64,000 nt of DNA from Klebsormidium nitens (taxonomy: Eukaryota > Plantae > Klebsormidiophyceae), in contig DF237160.1 of the NCBI GenBank assembly GCA_000708835.1, positions 30,406 through 94,405 on the forward strand, in the 5' to 3' direction. Each line of letters starts with the position of its first letter. Position 1 is the first letter of the stretch. Below, in pieces: positions 12,008 through 22,952 of this stretch. Made by a program: the position numbers and the translations under genes. Under the pieces are notes generated by a model. It did not search any database and was not told the origin of the DNA. It worked only from the letters and a program-made list of their open reading frames with translations.

Positions 12008-12779
12008 CTGCGGAAACGAGAAGTCGCGGTGGATTTTAGCAAGCGACTGCTCCTTCCATGAAAACCCACTGCTCGGATTGCGAGAGGAGAGAGGAGCTCA
12101 TCACTCGGTTTACCCACAAGGTGGTGAGTACATTGCGTGTCCAACCCTTGCACTCTAGAACCAGGTTGCGGAAGCAAGGAGTTCAACAACCGTGACTTTG
12201 GTCGGGCCGATACTTTGAACTTTCAAAGTTTAGCAAACCCACTCAACTGGAAAAGACACTGGGGCTCCGCCAAGGGTAATGAACGTACTTGTGGAAACCT
12301 TGTAGTCCAAGGGTTCCAGAAACTGAGCCGTCGAGAGATAGATCCCTCGATTCGCCCTCGATCACAGTCAACAGGTCGAGCAGCTCGCCTAGCCTCGAGG
12401 GACGGGAGTGGATGCGAAAACTTGGCCAACTGCCAAAACGGGTTTGAACTGGGTTAGGGGCACACTTCACTGAAACTGGATATGACCGAGCCTAGTCGAA
12501 GCAGCGACTTGATTCGTCATTCGTGTAGGAACCATCAGGATCAGAAGCAGATCGGTGCACGTGCAAAGATGTCTCCTCACATGCCTTGAAGCTTCAAAGA
12601 TCGATAACAAAAAGGCACCGCAAGTCAAGAATCACGACCCTGACACCAGTGCACGAATAATGAAATGTTAAGTTTGAGTCCCGAGAACCCATAACTACAC
12701 CTCAACTGCATCAACCAAAAATATTGAGCGCAGGTGCTGCGGGTTGATTCGACCAATAAGGACAGCACTTACATGTCAA

Positions 12780-14021
12780 TATTGGAGAGGCAGTGGCCAA
12801 AGCGCTCCTGCTGGTCGGGGTAGGGGTTTCGGAGCCGTTAGCCGTGCCTCGTACGTCTGACCGTGCAGTTGTGGGCGCTAGTTGGGAGCGCGATTAAGGA
12901 GCCCGAATCTAGTGACCGGGGCGGGGGCCGAGCGGCTGGTGCTGAGGCAAGGATGGACAGCCGGTACTTGCAAAATCTAGAGGGGCACCGCTGGTTGGGT
13001 TTGAAGTCGTTTTGAAGCCAGATCTTGCGACCATTCAGAGAACAGAGGTCGCGGTGATCGGGAGCCTGTACGGAGCACGTGGGGGCAGGCCTGGAGCGGC
13101 GAAGCTGGTCGGGGGCGGCGTCGGAGACCGGGTTCCTACAACCGGGAAAGGGGCCAGAGAGGCTTTGCTAATTGGGGGCGAGAGAGGGAAGCCGGTACTC
13201 GTACTCGGCGCGAAACCCAGAACAGCAGCGCCGGTGAGCGTCGGAAACTAAGCTACCGGTTGGTGCGCCCAAGGCAGAGGCTAGAGCGGCCGCGGTGGTT
13301 GTGGCCGGGGTCGGAAGCTTGTAGGAGCATCCATGGGGGTGGCCAAAGCGGCGAAGCTGGTCGGGGGCAGCGTTGGAAACCAGTTCCTGGAACCAGGGGA
13401 GGGGCCACAGCGGTTTTGCTGGTTGGGGGCGGGGGCGGGGAGGCGGAACTTTTATATGCATGGAACCTAAGCGGCAACGGCAGCTCATTCCCTGACTGAA
13501 TGAGAAGTCAGGGAGCCGGTTCTTACGCCTGTTCGGGAAGCTGGGGCAGGGTTGGAGCGGCTGTGCTGTCTGGGGGTAAGGCTGGGGAGCTGGTGGCTTG
13601 CAACCGGCGCGGAATCTGGAGTTTGGTTCCGGTCTAGGTTAGGGTGAAACCCCCGGGTACTTGCCCTGCGCTGCTTGGGGGACAAGGTTGGGGAAGTCGA
13701 ATTTGGCAGCCGTGCTGGGGACTGGAGTGGCAAAGCCGGCTGGGGGTGGGGTTTGGGAGGAGCTAATTTTGGCAGACCGCTGGTCGTCGGGGTGCCAGTC
13801 CGTGCGAACCGGGAGAGGGGCGGAGGGAGCCAGAACAGGGCGCAGAGCAACGGGGCGCAATCAGGGGCGCCGTGAGGAGCCGGCTCTGGCGGACATGGTG
13901 ATAGGGAACGGATCGGGGTTCCGATTATCGTGACCGAGGCGACGGCGGCCGTGCTGGTCGGAAGAGGTTCGAGGACCCAGGAGTTGCGGGCCAGTGCGCC
14001 GCCCACAACATTTGCGAGCTG
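12780..14021 (-). pseudogene. Frameshift-riddled remnant of a Ser/Thr/Pro-rich exon with recurring PTSF-like motifs; identity unknown
   Basis: Acceptor-like TTCTCTTGTGCGCAG near 14022. Low-complexity peptide pieces switch frame (SSQTPPPAGFATPVPSTAAKFDFP; PPTSFAALATP; PPPTSFAAPG). The internal DNA repeat cgaagctggtcgggggc occurs at ~13100 and ~13352. No frame stays open. Confidence 0.35.
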
Positions 14022-16098
14022 CGCACAAGAGAACGGTCGTGGTTTTGAAAAAGCAGAAGTCCCCAAGTCGAATGTCTCTACTCAAGTGGACTCGGCAAAT
14101 AGAGCTGGTTGATTTGCCAATGCCAGGAGAAGAAAAGTAATGGTTGCACATCGGAAGGGCTCGAGCATCTGCTAGTCCACCCTCCCGCTTTAGCGCTTCA
14201 CATTCCCGTGGCAGACTGCAATGGTCCGGAAGAATATTATATTCAAAACGAGCAGACTCCTTCTTAACGTCTGAAGGAAAGGTACAGGCCCGATGGGTGC
14301 TGCTCCAATCCAATGAGTTGCGCCGCGAAAGAATGAATGTCAGATGCTGCAAGGATGCCGGTTCTCAACCAACAGATTCAATGTTTTAAACCAACTCACC
14401 ATCAGACAGGGAGTGTGTGCAGGAACTAGCCCTCAGGATTTGAACCTCGTCCTTCCATGCGCGCCCCATCTTTCTCGTCCAGTGTTTCGTCCTAACCATC
14501 TCAAACCATGTACCCAGCCTGTGCGGAAGTAAGGAGGGAAATCAGCCCAGGGGCTTGACTGGTTCACCCAGTGTTTATTCATTGGTCCTCGAGATTCGTA
14601 GGTGCAACAAGTTCTTATCTGTGGGAAAAGTGCTTGCTGAGGCTAGGGAAAGAGAAGAGGTTCCCTTTACTTGCGCAGTCTTTCCTTTATGTTTTCAAGT
14701 GACGCTTTTCCACCAAGCCACTCTAGATGCTGAGGCGGAGAATTTCGTCTTTACAAGGAACCTTCTCTCCAGTCTGAATGCCTGGCCAGCGTCTCCTTCT
14801 GAAGTTGAATGACTCAGCGAGTCTCCTCCAGCAAACAGTTGTCTTCAGTGAGACTCCGGATCAAGGCTGACATGCAAAAGCCCACTTCTCCCGCATCAGC
14901 ATGGCAAAATTGGTCAAAGCTTGAAATTCATTTACTGGTATGGACCACACCGGCTCCAAAGACAAGGCTAACGGTTCAAGTGGAATCGTTGAGTTGTCAG
15001 TAGCACAGAACTTTGATTCTGACCCTTGGGAAACTGCTGCTGCCCTCTTTTCCAGGGAAAGAGTCAACAGGTCTGACTCCCACCTTGAGATGCCGGTGAC
15101 CCTTCACATCACCCACTGAGAAGCCCAGGTTAGGCAGTAAATGCGAAAGTAGACGGTGACCTTTCACAAGGACCACATGGAGAATCCTCACCCCATGGAT
15201 CTTGGATAGCAATCAGTGGCGAACAGCCACAAACCAAGACTCTGCCACCCCAATCTCCCATGCAAAGCAACGCTAGACACTGTGACATGTACAAGCTTTA
15301 GCTGATGACATTGCATGTCATGCTTCGGCCTCGTGCCTTCAAAATGAAGTGGGAGAGAAAGTTGGAATGCATGTCAAGGAACCCTTAAATTGAACTCTTG
15401 AGTTGTATACCATCATACCATTACAATCAAACATAACTCATATGACGCAGTTGGCTGCAGGAAATTTGAGAGTCAGTTTGCCCTCACCTCGGCATGTGAA
15501 TGCAGCACGGGACGCTGTCGCACTCACTCTTCCCATGTGTGACGCAGCGCAGCGGCCACACATATTCATGGAGGCAGAGTTCCATTCTAGAGTCTGATTG
15601 AAGCCGCTGTTGCTGAACTCCCCCTGGTGGATTCATGCGTGTTGCTGCATTCAACGAGCTCGGATAGTCATGTGAGCAGAGCGGGAATGCAAGTCTGCTG
15701 GTGCTCAAGCCCCAACTCGTCAAGCACCTGATGAGAAGGATCACCTGTATTTCTCCGCAACATCTACTTCAACATGTGGTGCTAAATCACATTGGCTTCA
15801 GATTTTCTGTCATCCAGCCATGCATTCTTCCACCTCAAAGTTACACGCTTTGCCGTTCTTCCAACGCCAAGAACAGATACAAGCTCCATTGCTCGGTTGA
15901 TCAGGAGATCATCCACTGGAGTTGCACAATTGTGTGCTCTGCGTTTCAATGTCCGCCTGGTGGGCCACCACCAGTTTGCCTTCCGCAGCTTTTGCCATTG
16001 GACACACAATTATGTTTAGACCAGTGCTCTTGGCTGGCTGTACTACTGTCACGCACTGAAGGCTGTTCAAAGCACTCCCTTCTGATTTTTGCCATAAA

Positions 16099-19000
16099 AT
16101 GACAAGCTCCGCTGTTCCGCCCAACTTTGGACGGAAATTTTGCAACGGATTGCCCTCCCTGGTTCCAGAGCAGCCAGCTCACTCCCCCCTCACTCCTCGA
16201 AAATTCTCAAATCGTCACAACAATGTCAGAATTGAGCAGGGAAAGATAAAGCAGAGCAGCATGAGGAGTTCTGGTGATAATACGGGTGGTCAAGTTGGTG
16301 GTGCTGCAACGATTCAACCCGACCAGAATGATGGGAAGGGTGGTAAAAAGAGGAAAGAGTTGAATGCGGACCCGAGCGATGATTCAGATTCCAGTGATGT
16401 TGTGAGACGTGAGGAGAGAGCAGAACGTGGGGGCCTCAAGAAAAGCCGAAAGCACAGGAGAAAAAGTTTAGAAAGTAGCCCTCAGAATGATGATGACAGG
16501 GAGCGCGATCGAAGAAAGCGGCGAAGAAAGCGGGAGAAGGAGAGGGACTTTAGCAGCGCTTCATCGAGCGATGATGATGTCAGCTCAGAAGAGGAGGAGC
16601 GAAGGAGGAGGAAGCGTCATAGAAGACGGAAAACTGCGCGCAAAAGGAGGGAGACCAGTAGCAGTGCTTCGGAGTCTGACGAGGACACCGAAAGCGATCG
16701 GAAGAGTAGGAGACGGAGAAAAAAGCGGGCTCGGGTCAGGGAATCAGAATCCGAAAGCACAGACAGCGAAGGCAAGTTGAGGAAGAAGAAAGGGGAGAGG
16801 GGCAAAAAGTCAAGAGATAAAAGCAAGGCTCCGTCAGAGGCGGATAGAAAGAAACTGAAGAAAGAGAAGAAAAAGAAGAAGAAAGAGAAGCTGGGGAGCG
16901 GGGCTGTGACCGACCGCTACGGAAAGTATGGACTGATCAGGGAGGTGGACATGTGGAACAAGCGACCGGAGTTTGGGGCGTGGTTGTCTGAAGTGAAGCA
17001 TGTGAGTCGATGCACGTATGACTCGCTTCTGACGCTAGGGACTTCTGGCCTGAATTCGAGGAAGTGGTGCAAATGCAAATTTCTGTGTTTTTGCTAGCTT
17101 ACGAGTCTGATATCCAGTTTGCTTTCTTAACCCCTCTTGAAATCGGAAGCCCTTTGACGCGAGGTCTTATGTAATGTTCATCTCGTCCAATATTCAACTG
17201 GGTGATGTAGACTTGACATCTCATCTTCTCAGTCACACCTCTTCAGACAGAAACTGAGACTGCTTCTTCTCTGAATGAGGCACCCGTCAACCTTTCCATT
17301 CGTAGCACCTGTCGCACGAGGGCAACAACTCATCCACAGACTTCACGACCTCTTCTGAATTTCCTGAATGGTTGTTTCCAGCTGCGCTCTCTTTCCTATT
17401 TGACACCTGTTTGCTGGATATTGGTTGCCCCTCTGTGAATCAAAGTTGAATTGCCTCCCAAGTACCCTCTTCAGGCGTGGTGGCCAAGCGCCACCTCCTT
17501 CCACAACCAGTCCAATGAAGATGCTGCCAAGCTGCCCCCTCAAAGGCTCAAAGGGTCCAGGACTGTATATTGGATCACCTGACCAATCTACTGAAAACAT
17601 CGAACGAGTGTAAGACATACGTCTCACAGAAATATTTGTTCCGCGCTCGGCCTGCATTTTTAATCGGCGCCCGTATTGACTCCCTCATCCCCTTCGTTCC
17701 CGTCTAGAGACTTTCTTCTAATCCAAAATTTCCGTCACATAGCTCACTTCGGAAGTCTGAAGTAGAAGGACCACTAACCTCACGCCACCTTCCAGCCTGA
17801 GTAAGTGGCTACTTTTCAGACCGGAGAGTGTGCACATCTGCACCCTTCTCTAGACACTCCTTACTCAACCCTACTGTCTCCAATACATCCAGATCCTTCC
17901 TTGCGTTCGCTCCTCCTGCCTTCTTCGCTAATCAACATCGAAACTCTTCCATGATTTCCCCTGCCCACCCTCCTACCCGCCTTCTTCGCTCATCATCGTC
18001 AAAGTTCTTCCACGGGTTTTCTTGATGCCTTCCCCCCGGTCTTCTTTGCAGGTCGACACAGAAGCTTGTCCGCCAATTCCCTTGCTCACCCCCTCTCCCC
18101 ACCTTGTTCCTAGATAAACACCGAAACCGTTCCATAGCTTCTCTCACTCGCCCTTCCCCCCGCCTTCTTCGCAGATCAATATCGAGACTCTCCCCAACCG
18201 TGAAGAGCGAGAGCTGTTCAAAGACTTCATGGAGGACTACAACACGGCGACCCTGCCCTCCAAAAAGTACTACAACATAGAGCTGCATCATAGGAACAAG
18301 GTCGCCAAGATGCACGCGCGGGGGCAGCAGGTGGTCCAAGCGGAGAAAGTGGTCTTTGATGACGAGGCGGAGAAGAGGTGGGGAAGGCTGTTTCTACAGT
18401 TGACTTGCGCGGTTTTGATTCGTTCGAGTTTCGGACCCCAACTGGCCTCCCATGTGTTTGAGCTTCGCTCTTCCACAAGGCAAAGGAGAGTTGTTAAGGA
18501 CTATTGCCGAAAGAGAGTCCAGGTTCTGTCAGGATGCGATGTTTCATACGACTCGTCAGCTGAGAAGACGGGCTCTGTCGAGATGGGAGAGATTCTTGGG
18601 AGACGATTGCCTCGGACCGAACCCGCCCGAAGTTCATGTTGATTTCGCTTCCAGGGAGATGCTAAGGTTTAGAGTCCCTTTATTGCGGGTAGATTTTGCG
18701 TGTTCTCCGGAGAGCGTTCGAGAAAGACGAAACCTTTGTGAGAGTCAGCTTTCTGAAAAACCTCGTGTGGACTGGCTGTGAAAAAAACATCCGTTCTCTT
18801 TGGCTGTGTTTCGAAAGGTTTTGCCCGCTTCGCCACCCGTTCTGGATTTCGGCTTCTTTTAAGCTTCCTTCTGGTGTCTGATCCGTGAGGTCCTCTGTCT
18901 ACCTTTCAACAGTTTGGATGTATCTGGATCTTGGTTACGAGACCTTAGACTGTGCTCCTGTCCTGGGGAAATGCATATCGATGCTCGTTTCAGATCACTT

Positions 19001-21457
19001 GCTTCTGTTTTCTCAACATTGTAACGAACCTGTTCGATATGCTTTGAGAGTACATTGTTTTAAAAGCTGAAAACCCAAAAGTTCATTTGGGTGAAGCTTA
19101 CTACCCGCAACCGCACATTGTGTGACCACACGTTCTCGGCCTGTGATTCGCCCGCCTGGCGGCCTTGGTGGGCCCGAGAGCTGAGAGATAAATGAGGTCA
19201 CCTTGTGTTGAAACGAAGTGACCGGGCGGGCTGAGGCTTGAGCTCGTGTTGTTGCTCACGCTGGGCCTGCTCTGGTGTAGCTGACGTCATGCTGACATAC
19301 TCGATGTTGCGACGGCTGTAAGTTGCCGCATGCGCTGAGCTGCAGCCAAACGAAGGTTACGTGATTCGTTCAGTTATGCTCTGGGAAAAGAACCCATAAA
19401 CCCTAAAGTTCGAAACCAAAACCGTGAAGCTCTGTTTGTGTAAAGGCCTCGAAGTCGCGAATTTGTGAGCGGGTTTGGAGCACGTTTGCGCGGGTTTAGG
19501 ACGCGGGTTTACCTCGTATACACCGCGGCTTTCTGCTAGTTTAGAACGCGATTTTACCCGGAATTCCTGCCTTTTAATCCGCGTGTGTTTTCGCCGCAGG
19601 GTTGAGCTGCAGTGGCAGCCGGACCTCAAGGAGGAGGAAGATGACAAGGCGTACAAGGGTTCACAAAGAAGCATGTTCTGTGAGAGCAACCCTCGAACCC
19701 TAAAACTCCGAACCTTCTTCTGGGCAAACGCCTAGGTCGCCTAGATTGTAAAACCGCGTCCTGACCCGTGTTGCTTTCGCCGCAGGGTTGAGCTGCAGCG
19801 GCAGCGGGACCTCAAGAAGGAGGAAGACTACCAGGCATACAAGGCGTCCATGGCGGCAGGAATGGTATGTCACGTCGGGCACCTGCCTTTAGGCTCATTG
19901 TAGCTTTCTTCATTCAGCATCACAACCGACGTTGTCATAGCGACTTGAATCGAATGCGAACGGCGCTGTGTTTGGGCTCCGGTGGGCTGTTTATCTTTAG
20001 CAACCCAGCCGTCATTCTCAAAGCGGAAGACGCGGTGGCCTTCGCACAACGATGCAAAAGTATAACTGGGGAAGTGAGGTCAATTTGAGGGCTTCTGTGG
20101 AGTCTTCTTGTTGGAAAAGATTGGAAAGCTTCGCACTTACCTCAACGTGCTGTCAGGGATTGAGCAGCGACCGATGTGGACGAAGTGTTAGAGCCTACTC
20201 AAGGTGTTCGAGGATTGAAAGCCCGTAGTGCCTTCCGCTGCCTGCTAGTTCCGGGCCGGACACAGTCAGGCTCGCTGGTCGATCGTTGTTGGCTGCATCA
20301 GAACTACAGACGCACGTTTGCGGCAGACTGAACGGACTGGTTATCGAGCAAAGACAACCGCGTGTTCCTGTCAGTCATCGACCACCAGACGTTTCGCTGT
20401 ACATATTCCACCGGACGCTCACCCAGAAAGGAGAGATTGGAGCTTTACTGAGGAAAAGGCTAAACGGGGCTGTACGCTCACCCAGCAAAAGGAGAGATTA
20501 TGAACGAGTGGAAGAACTAGAACGGAGGCATTCTTTCTTTGCGCCCCAGGCCCAGGACATGCGCGAGCAGGACCACTTGCGCAACGAGATGCAGTACCAG
20601 TACCGGCTGGGCAACATGGAGGTCAGTCTCACGTCATGTTTTCGCCCCTTCTTTTTCGATCTGCTCGTTCCGCACAATTTTCTTTTCTTTTCTGTCGTTT
20701 CGCTTCCTGCTTATTCTCAATCATCTTTTCTTGCCATCCGTCCTCGTTTACTTCGATCACAAAGAGGTTGCAGTTGTCACGACGAAGGGTGGTCCGTTTT
20801 GTCTCTCTTGTCCTGCTTTCTTGATTTCTTTTCCACGTCCCTTGCGACACAAGGACGGCAGTGCGTTTTCGCTTCCCTCACATGGTCGGAATCTGTCGAT
20901 CAGAGCGCCCGTCAGATCATTGCACTTATAGCAGCCCATAGAGGTCGCCCTACAGTCTTTCTATGTTTGAGTCTAATAGTCTGACGAGTTTTGATGTGCC
21001 CAAACTTGGTGAGGCAACGTGCATCATTGAAGCAGGCGGTTTGGTGTTCACGCTGTCAGTGTTCTTCTTCTTCCAAGAGGTGAACGTGAAAGAACAACGT
21101 TGTGAATGAAATTTTTAGAAGGTCAAAATATTCTCCAAGCTCCTCAGCGAAACTCCTTCGCACTTACCGCTAAAGGCTTCGAAATGTATCCAGAAAATAT
21201 CGACCTCTTGGGATGGCCCGCTGCTTGTACGGGAAGGAAAAGGTGATTGTAAAATGATGCTCATGTACCGGCGTCGTTTCCGCCCTTTGTCGGACTACAC
21301 GTACGATCGCATACTTGAGTTGGTCTCTAGTCGCAAGTGACTCGTCAGCAAAACACAGAACGCCCCGCGCAAGCCTGTTGTGCTATTGCACTTGCAGGCG
21401 GTCGATACCATCAAGCGCCGCCTTGCTCCTGAAGACCCAAACACGGTGGTCCCGTGA
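16099..21457 (+). CDS. Conserved plant protein with a Lys/Arg/Ser/Asp-rich N-terminus and a C-terminal YGKYG..DMWNKRPEF..W..EVK..FMEDYNTAT.PSKKYY domain; probably nuclear/RNA-associated, uncharacterised
   Basis: Exons 16099 (or ATG 16261)-17001, 18175-18377, 19786-19864, 20550-20621 and 21398-21457 are all GT-AG and total 1317 nt, in frame. The C-terminus AQDMREQDHLRNEMQYQYRLGNMEAVDTIKRRLAPE matches a conserved land-plant family. The start codon is uncertain. Confidence 0.85.
17900..18200 (+). repeat. ~61-bp-period degenerate tandem array built from the 3' splice site plus head of exon 2
   Basis: Exon-head-like starts at 17931, 17992, 18052, 18114 and the real one at 18175 (spacings 61, 60, 62, 61). 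Confidence 0.75.
19575..19675 (+). repeat. Intronic duplicate of exon 3 with its acceptor intact and its donor lost
   Basis: ttcgccgcag|ggttgagctgcagtggcagccggacctcaaggaggaggaagatgacaaggcgtacaagg versus the real ttcgccgcag|ggttgagctgcagcggcagcgggacctcaagaaggaggaagactaccaggcatacaagg at 19786. Confidence 0.9.
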
Positions 21458-22952
21458 TCAGGAACGTAGGGGATGTTCCAAGTTTGATGCTTGGTGGCCT
21501 GCTTTTGCTCGTCGCATCTGTCTAGTACCAACTTGCCGATCAGATAAGCATAAGGGGGAAAGTTGCCACACACCCTACACATTCGCTTCCGGCTCGTGGC
21601 GTGCCTCCGTGGTCTCCAGCATCCTGTGCTCTAGGGTCGGTTGTTTCCCGCTGTCACGTGCTCAACGCGGAGGTTGGATGTTTTCGTCATATTGGTGCGC
21701 TTATTATGGCCGCGCTGCGTTGCGCGCCCATCACAAAAGATATAGACGCTGTGTACGTATGGTCAATGAAAGGCCCGCGGCCTGGATGAAGCGGCCCTAG
21801 GCAACCGCGCCGCGGCGCGCCCCACTAGCTGCATATGCATCATGTGATCATTCGTCCTGCATACATGGCCGGGCAGCTGCAATCACAACCCATGCATGGC
21901 ATGGCAACTTGAAGCTAGCATGTCACTTGGTTTGAGTCAACGTACGTTGGTGTACTTATCATGTACCGGCGTCCATGAAGCCGGCCATTAAGATACCGTC
22001 ATCGTTATTTGCGGATATCTTGTGCAAGCCTCAGTGCGCGAAGCTAAGCCTGCTACATTCCCATGCTGCATGCAAAACACGTTACTGATTTATGCGCGAT
22101 CGAGAGCTTATAATCCGTCACGTTATATGTCACGGTGCACTACGTACGTGCACAAAAGCCACGCGTACGCGGCCGCGCGTACGGCGAGTACGTATTAATA
22201 CCGTGATCTGATTGACCAAACTGCATGAGATTGAAGGCGCAATTACGCCTACTAGCTAGCCTGCCTATAGGCCGGCCCTACTACATACTAACCCAGGCTT
22301 GCGGGATTGAATTACATGGATAGCCCACTGAGCCGCGCCGCCGAGCATGCGGGCGCGAACTCAAATGTGCTCAGCGTCCCGCCCTAGCCTCACGCACATG
22401 ATTATACATATCATATTTCGTGCCACTGAGTGGGCGGGGAAGCGGCAATGATACGCCCATAACTCTAAGAGTCAGCGCGTGTCTCAATGAGTCTGTGTTG
22501 CAGGTGCAAAGTGGTTTCGACGATAATCTTGATTCACGTTGGCCAGGCCCGTCGGGAATTTAGTAGATCAAACACTTTGTCACATCCAACATGTACTGCC
22601 CGCATTGAAAGGCAGCGATGCGGGCAAGAAATCAAAACAATAGCTCGAGAAGATGCTTTCCTCTTAAAGAGGCTCCTTCTCTCGCCAAAGTGATGCCTTC
22701 AACCGTGCGGCTAAATTAGTCCTGAGCCTGTGTGGAAGTCTCATCCAAGGTTCGTTTTGGAGGGAACCGAGGTTCTGCGAGGATCCGTCCGCTTCAAACT
22801 CTGTGGTTTCGCCCACCCTTATTCTTCCACCTCGTCTATGGCTAGCAAAAAGCACATCCAACCGCGCTTCAAACCACTAAAAGCAGATGGGCGAGCTGTG
22901 CAAAAGCTCTTCTCTTCAACTCGCAGAGAGTAAGATAGCTACAAACGCAACG

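Noticed and set aside
16487-16826. Alternative-frame and antisense ORFs over the Lys/Arg-rich exon
   Set aside because: By-products of low-complexity, stop-poor coding sequence.
19399-19710. CCCTAAA(A) motifs as interstitial telomere
   Set aside because: Isolated single units inside intronic duplications, not an array.
20286-20984. 232-aa plus-strand ORF
   Set aside because: Only the 24-codon exon 4 is real; the rest is read-through into flanking introns (pyrimidine-rich, no motif).
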